Assembly: GCA_046596135.1 (NCBI GenBank)
Contig: JBKJMX010000060.1
Span: 2,061-66,060 of the forward strand
DNA from: Gemmatimonadales bacterium
GTDB lineage: Bacteria > Gemmatimonadota > Gemmatimonadetes > Gemmatimonadales > GWC2-71-9
Length of the DNA: 64,000 bases
Direction: 5' to 3'
Part shown: one piece after another, positions 59,208-64,000 of the stretch
How positions within the stretch are numbered: the stretch's first letter is position 1
Layout: every line of letters starts with the position of its first letter
Notes under the pieces: generated by a model
Told to the model about the DNA's origin: nothing
Databases searched by the model: none
The model's input: only the letters and a program-made list of their open reading frames with translations
Position numbers and translations under genes: made by a program

Positions 59208-59861
59208 TCACGGTGCCCGCCACACCAACCGGCGGATCTCCGCCTCGGCAAAACCGCGGGTCTGGTCGGTATCCTGCATCACGCCGATGGCGGTGATCGG
59301 CGGTGGGTCGCGCCCCCAGATTCGGCGGTAGTCCGCAAACGGGTCGACTGCGTGTTCCTTCCACGTCGACCTCGATCCCGCGCCATCGACTCGCACGACA
59401 TGCATGCGTCCACTCGCGTGGCTACGGCGCGAATACCCCGTTGGTTCGTCGTTCCCGTGCGTGTAGAAGATCACGCGGCCGGACCCGCCGAACAGTCCGC
59501 CCGGTTTGCCGAACACGACGAAGACGCGAATCGGTGAGTCGTCGAGTGCGCGGTCGCGGAGGTCCGTCTGCACCGGCCCGGCGAGAATGCGCCACGTCCA
59601 TTCCAGTGTTCCGGCCGACTCCGGCAACGGCGTGTCAAACTCACGAAAGAACCACGCGGCACGCCCTGTTCCGGCAATCGCGAAGGCAGCCTGTCCGTCG
59701 GCGACTCGAATCGAGGTCGCGGGAGGGCGCTGACCCCGGACCTCCCTGATCTGCCAGTCGACGGGAATACCGGACGCCAGAGGCGGACGATCGAGCCGCA
59801 GGATATCCAGGGGTGGTGCCAATGCGAGACAGGCAAGCGAGGCGAGCAGGAACGTTGGCAT
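59208..59861 (-). CDS. DUF3047-like secreted protein
   Basis: Track ORF trimmed to the ATG at 59861: MPTFLLASLACLALAPP (signal peptide). Then WQIREVRGQ..., LEWTWRIL...DDSPIRVFVVFG and a GVMQDTDQT pattern. Confidence 0.65.
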   Translation of the reverse strand: MPTFLLASLACLALAPPLDILRLDRPPLASGIPVDWQIREVRGQRPPATSIRVADGQAAFAIAGTGRAAWFFREFDTPLPESAGTLEWTWRILAGPVQTDLRDRALDDSPIRVFVVFGKPGGLFGGSGRVIFYTHGNDEPTGYSRRSHASGRMHVVRVDGAGSRSTWKEHAVDPFADYRRIWGRDPPPITAIGVMQDTDQTRGFAEAEIRRLVWRAP

Positions 59862-59953
59862 CGGGCCATCCAGTCGGAGGCGGCGGGGGTGGCACCATCG
59901 CCGTGAGGCGTCGGTGCAGTCGCTGGGGAAACGCCGGCCGGCCGCCGCTGGAT

Positions 59954-62332
59954 TCATCCGGAGTTGGCGAGTGCCTCGAGGAAGTCGTGGCTCCACGCAT
60001 CGACGTCATAGTCGGCGACAATCGCGGCGAGGCGTCGCATCCTCTGCCGTCGCTCGGTTTCCGGCATCTCGAGCGCGTCGTGAAGGTCGTTGCTCATCCC
60101 CTCGATGTCGTAGGGATTGGTGAGCATCGCCCCGTGCAACTCGACCGCTGCGCCGGCGAACTCGCTGAGGACGAGGACACCAGCGCCGTCGACGACCGCC
60201 TGCGCGATCACGAACTCCTTCGCCACCAGGTTGAGGCCGTCGCGGAGCGGAGTGATCCATGCCACGTCGGCGGCGGCCCCGTACACGATCACTTCCTCAA
60301 ATGGCAGCGCGCGGAAGAGATAGTGGACCGGAGTCCAGCTCAGTGACGCGAAGCGCCCGTTGATTCGCCCCACGGCCTCGTCAACGGCCATCCGGACCTC
60401 GTCGTAGACCTCCATTCCCGGCGCCGGAGGCGTCGTCACGAAAACGAGCGTGACGCGATCGCGCTGGTTCGGATGGTTCTCCAACAATCGCTCGAACGCC
60501 TCCAGTTTCTGCAGTGGACCCTTGACGTAGTCGAGCCGCTCCACCGACAGCACCAACCGGATACCGCGAAACTGCTCGACCACGTCCGCCACGGCAGCGC
60601 GGTGAGCGCCGTCCTCGAGGATCTCGCGCACCGCCGTGGCGTTCACGCCGACCGGGTGTGCGCCCAGGCCAATCGTTCGGTCTCCTGAACGGATCACCCG
60701 TGGCATGCGCGGGATCGACAAGGCCATGCCGTGAATCCGGAATCGCGGTGCGCACGGAACCGCCTCAAGCACCTCCGTCGGCGCGTGCGAGCGGAGGGCG
60801 TCCAGGAAATTTGCAGCGTAGCGCGGGATGTGAAAGCCGATATGGTCGCACTGGGCCAGTGAACCGATGATCTGGTCGGACCACGGAATGACATTGAAGA
60901 CATCCGCCGGGGGGAAGGCGGTGTGATGAAAGAACCCGATCTTGAGGTCGGGTCGAATCTGCCGCAGGTAGCCGGGCACCATCCAGAGGTTGTAGTCGTG
61001 GATCCAGACCAGCGCGCCCTCATCGGCCTCGGCAGCGGCCGCCTCGGCGAAGCGCCGATTGATGTCGCAGAAGTGCTCCCAGTCGGCGGCGCTGAACTGG
61101 GCGCGATCGACGAACGAGAAGATCACCGGCCAGAACGCTTCCTTGGAGAACTTCTTGTAGAACCGCTCCACATCGGAAGCGGCCAGGGGCACCCGGGCCG
61201 CGACCAGGTTGGGGTATCGCTGTTCATCCACCAGCGCATGCGTCGTGGCACCGCCGGCGTCACCGCCGTGGGTGGTCCATGCGACCCATGATCCATGCCG
61301 GCCGCCTGCAAAGCAGCCCAGCAACGTCGGGATGATGCCGTTCGGGGAGGTATGGGCGTGGCGGCCCACCACCCCGTCGGTCATGCGTTCCTCGTACGGG
61401 AGCCGATGGTAGACGACGACCAGCTGTGCATCACCCGACACCGCCGGCTCATGCTCGTCGGCGAAAAAGCCTTCGGGTTCGAGTGCGCGGAATGCCTCGA
61501 GAATTCCCCCTGCCCCGGCGGCCCGGGCGTGATGCACTCGTTTCAAGCCGGTCGTGGCTGCGACGAGTGACCGTTCGGAGTGCCCCACCACGACGCCGGG
61601 AAAGCCATGTTCGTAGAGCGAAAGATCGTTCAGGGTATCGCCGGCCACGAGGACGTGATCGCGTTCGACACCGAGGTGCTCCACCAATCGATCGAGCGTC
61701 CTGCCCTTGCTGATACCGCGTGGGAGGATGTCGAGATAGACCTCGGCCGACAGGAGCACGTCGACGGGTAGGTCGCGGACGCGCTCGCGCACGGTGGTCA
61801 CGACGGCAGGATCCTCCGCGAGGAACGACACCCGACGTTCCTGCGGCACGGCCTGCCGCGTGAGGCCGGGAAGCGTGCCGATTGCCGCGAGCACGGCACT
61901 CGCACCCACCCACTGCTGGTCGATCTCCCATTGGAGCGGTGCGACGGGCCGCAACCCGTCGGCGGTGACGATCGTCGCGCCGACGTCGGCGATGATGAAC
62001 TCGGGCTGGGGAATGAGGGGATCGTTGAGCAGCGGGAGCACGCTCTCCACGCCGCGGCCGGTCACGAACACGAGGCGTGGGGCGCCCTCATCCCGAAGCC
62101 TGCGGTAGAGCGCGAGGCGGTCAGCCTGTCGACCGCCAAGGAATGTTCCGTCGAGATCGGTGGCCAGCAGCTTGATGAACGCATCTCCTGAGGGGGTTGG
62201 TGCCGCGGAAGGTACGTTCGCGCCGGCACCGCGCAACCGCGAGCGGGCGGTCAGGCCGATCGTTGACCAACGGCCGTCATCATCCCCCAGAACCAGGTGA
62301 TCCGGTAACGATCGATGGAAATTGGCGGGCAT
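59954..62332 (-). CDS. fused HAD-type phosphatase / GT20 glycosyltransferase, closest in motifs to glucosylglycerol-phosphate synthase (GgpS/GgpPS-like)
   Basis: The N-terminal HAD-IIB part is LLATDLDGTF...VFVTGRG...LVAGDTLNDLSL. The C-terminal GT20 part is VVVYHRLPYE...SPNGIIPTL, WIHDYNLWMVPGYLRQIRPDLKIGFFHHTAFP, INGRFASLSWTPV, WITPLRDGLNLVAKEF, LSEFAGAAVEL. The ATG at 62332 overlaps the upstream methyltransferase gene by 82 nt. The TTG at 62236 is an alternative start. Confidence 0.85.
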   Translation of the reverse strand: MPANFHRSLPDHLVLGDDDGRWSTIGLTARSRLRGAGANVPSAAPTPSGDAFIKLLATDLDGTFLGGRQADRLALYRRLRDEGAPRLVFVTGRGVESVLPLLNDPLIPQPEFIIADVGATIVTADGLRPVAPLQWEIDQQWVGASAVLAAIGTLPGLTRQAVPQERRVSFLAEDPAVVTTVRERVRDLPVDVLLSAEVYLDILPRGISKGRTLDRLVEHLGVERDHVLVAGDTLNDLSLYEHGFPGVVVGHSERSLVAATTGLKRVHHARAAGAGGILEAFRALEPEGFFADEHEPAVSGDAQLVVVYHRLPYEERMTDGVVGRHAHTSPNGIIPTLLGCFAGGRHGSWVAWTTHGGDAGGATTHALVDEQRYPNLVAARVPLAASDVERFYKKFSKEAFWPVIFSFVDRAQFSAADWEHFCDINRRFAEAAAAEADEGALVWIHDYNLWMVPGYLRQIRPDLKIGFFHHTAFPPADVFNVIPWSDQIIGSLAQCDHIGFHIPRYAANFLDALRSHAPTEVLEAVPCAPRFRIHGMALSIPRMPRVIRSGDRTIGLGAHPVGVNATAVREILEDGAHRAAVADVVEQFRGIRLVLSVERLDYVKGPLQKLEAFERLLENHPNQRDRVTLVFVTTPPAPGMEVYDEVRMAVDEAVGRINGRFASLSWTPVHYLFRALPFEEVIVYGAAADVAWITPLRDGLNLVAKEFVIAQAVVDGAGVLVLSEFAGAAVELHGAMLTNPYDIEGMSNDLHDALEMPETERRQRMRRLAAIVADYDVDAWSHDFLEALANSG

Positions 62333-62880
62333 CCGGCGCCGATCAGATCCCGCCGCAGCTCTTCCGTCCCAAGCGTGCGGTGATGGGCAGGATCTGTCAC
62401 GCGGAGCAATCGATCGAGCAATCGACAGGTGAGATAGTCGTGACACCAATCGGTCACCACAAGGTGACCGCCAGGGCGGAGGACACGGGCAAGCTCCCGC
62501 AGTCCCGCCGCGGGGTCATCCCAGTAGTGGAGCGAACTCGCGGAGACCACCAGGTCAAAGCTCGCCGCGTCGAACGGCAGGGCGCAAGCGTTGCCGGCGA
62601 CCAGAGACGCGCCGTGCTGAAGGCGGTCGTGTGCAACGCCAAGCATGCCGCGCGAGAGGTCTGCGCCAACCAGGCGGGCGGTCGGATGTTTCTCGCGGAG
62701 GCGGTCCAGCAGCAGCCCCGTCCCGGCGCCCACATCGAGCACGACACCGGGCGTAACGCGTGGTAGACGCGCGACCGTCTCTGCGGTGCTGCGAGCCACG
62801 TACTGCTGCCATCGGCCGTCGTACGTGGCGGCGAGCCCGTCGTACTGTGCCCGGACCCGCCGACTCGCTGTTCCCATCAA
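62251..62880 (-). CDS. class I SAM-dependent methyltransferase
   Basis: Motif I VLDVGAGTGLL, post-I ADLS and LRPGGHLVV. Confidence 0.85.
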   Translation of the reverse strand: MMGTASRRVRAQYDGLAATYDGRWQQYVARSTAETVARLPRVTPGVVLDVGAGTGLLLDRLREKHPTARLVGADLSRGMLGVAHDRLQHGASLVAGNACALPFDAASFDLVVSASSLHYWDDPAAGLRELARVLRPGGHLVVTDWCHDYLTCRLLDRLLRVTDPAHHRTLGTEELRRDLIGAGCPPISIDRYRITWFWGMMTAVGQRSA

Positions 62881-62893
62881 CCTGCTCCCGGTG

Positions 62894-63316
62894 CTACATC
62901 GTGGTGGCGGTGCCCGGGTGTCCGTAGACTGCGCCGACCACTGCGCCGAAGATCACGTGCCCCATCAGGCTGCCGAGCGCGCCCACCGTGCTGCCGGTGA
63001 ACATCGGCATGCCCATCATCGGCATCATCACGACCATGGCGACAAGCCACGGCGCGATGCCGAACAGGGCGCCGCGCACGACTGGGGCTCCCGGGATCGA
63101 CGGTGCGACGACCGCGTAGATCAGGGCGAGGATGATGCCGATCATGAAGTGTGCGACCCAGCCGATCATCATGTTGCCGCCCATCTGCATGGCGAGCATC
63201 TCGGCGGGGTTCGACGGCTTCATCCCCATCATCGGCGCGACATACAGCCCCACCACGGTCATCACGAGCGTGCCGATCAGGCCAGCCATGATGGCCTTGC
63301 CCCAGTTGCGTGTCAT
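62894..63316 (-). CDS. small, extremely Met-rich multi-pass membrane protein
   Basis: Track ORF trimmed to the ATG at 63316. By my count 21 of 140 residues are Met, clustered as APMMGMKPSNPAEMLAMQMGGNMMIGW and AMVVMMPMMGMPMF. It has about 4 hydrophobic helices. Confidence 0.7.
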   Translation of the reverse strand: MTRNWGKAIMAGLIGTLVMTVVGLYVAPMMGMKPSNPAEMLAMQMGGNMMIGWVAHFMIGIILALIYAVVAPSIPGAPVVRGALFGIAPWLVAMVVMMPMMGMPMFTGSTVGALGSLMGHVIFGAVVGAVYGHPGTATTM

Positions 63317-63356
63317 GACGTCTCCCCTTCGTTGGTGAACCGACGCGGACGGGTGT

Positions 63357-63845
63357 TCACTCGTCCGGTACAAACACCTGCATCGCGGCCAGCAACCGCG
63401 CGTGCTCAACCCGGCCACCCTGCTCCTCGGCGCGTTCGATGAGGCGGTCGAAATCGATGTCATCCAGCGCTGGCAGATGCTCACACGACGCGGCGAGCGC
63501 GCGCCAGAGGGACCGCTTGCCATCGATGCCCATGGTGAGCACCTCCAGTGACTCCAGCACGCGCAATGCCCCACCCGCAGGATCGTCGATGGCAAGCTTG
63601 AACTCCGTGAGCTTGCTCGCCACCCACGCACCGGCCTTTCGGGTCCGACTCACGGTCACGCCGAGGCGGTCCATGATCGCCTCGAGTTCCTGCTGGTCCT
63701 GCTCGACATTGTCGCGGATGTCGGTGTAGAAGTGCTCCTCGGGGGTTCCGTCATGCGCCGACTCAAGGTCCTGCAGGATCTCGACGGCCGCGACCGAACC
63801 CGCGAGGTGGTCGTTCAGGTATGTCGCGATGTGCGAACTGGACAT
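63357..63845 (-). CDS. hypothetical helical protein
   Basis: Track ORF trimmed to the ATG at 63845: MSSSHIATYLNDHLAGSVAAVEILQDLESAH... Predicted all-helical and acidic. No family recognised. Confidence 0.6.
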   Translation of the reverse strand: MSSSHIATYLNDHLAGSVAAVEILQDLESAHDGTPEEHFYTDIRDNVEQDQQELEAIMDRLGVTVSRTRKAGAWVASKLTEFKLAIDDPAGGALRVLESLEVLTMGIDGKRSLWRALAASCEHLPALDDIDFDRLIERAEEQGGRVEHARLLAAMQVFVPDE

Positions 63846-63932
63846 CGTCCTGCTCCTGTTAATGACGCCATCAGACGGCGGCGGCTGAGTGTGCCCAACT
63901 GGCGACGCACTCGCGCCCCGTCGACCGCACAA

Positions 63933-64000
63933 TCAACGGCGGCCGCGGCGCGGCGGATCCGGTCCGGGTTTGGTCACGTGGCTGAACTTCAGGCCGGCCA
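63933..64000 (-). CDS. possible 3' end of a gene entering from the right edge
   Basis: The minus-strand frame reads ...AGLKFSHVTKPGPDPPRRGRR* with a stop at 63933-63935. Third-codon positions are mostly G/C, unlike the other frames. The fragment is too short to identify. Confidence 0.3.
   Translation of the reverse strand, partial: AGLKFSHVTKPGPDPPRRGRR

Overview
This is a GC-rich, densely coding bacterial chromosomal segment of about 61 protein genes and one tRNA, mostly on the minus strand. I found no rRNA, CRISPR array, transposase, integrase or phage genes. The gene mix (RNase Y, ZapA, Rex, UPF0182 alongside outer-membrane-type proteins and a type IV pilin) suggests a Gemmatimonadota-like lineage, but that is a low-confidence guess.

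- **1-25 kb:** housekeeping genes in tightly coupled runs, often with 4-14 nt overlaps: rpsA-cmk-aroA; recN-nadK-dxs-ispA-xseBA-folD-rny-zapA; pheTS-rplT-rpmI-infC; an MBL hydrolase, a DnaQ-like exonuclease and rex.
- **25-64 kb:** envelope, ion-homeostasis and stress functions.
  - A DUF4956 / phosphoesterase cluster, PBP1A and a DUF4331 pair.
  - A crcB-Kv-MscS channel operon, pgl/zwf/gnd and UPF0182-gdh.
  - A secreted-protein cluster that includes a spondin_N protein.
  - NhaP, ClC-CBS, DUF2254, and a fused HAD-phosphatase/GT20 (GgpS-like) compatible-solute enzyme.
  - A very Met-rich small membrane protein.

**Best candidate for an undescribed system (2.8-6.5 kb):** a GspE/PilB-family ATPase fused to a receiver domain. 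It is coupled to a stand-alone receiver and a small membrane protein. Next to it is a type IV pilin gene lying 24 bp downstream of tRNA-Leu(UAA), with a direct-repeat / sigma54-like motif abutting the tRNA.

**Regulatory observations:**
- a near-consensus Rex box abutting the rex start codon;
- an infC leader that ends in a terminator-like hairpin, with a probable non-canonical start codon;
- AT-rich perfect palindromes in divergent promoter regions.

All family names come from motif recognition by eye. No database search was run.
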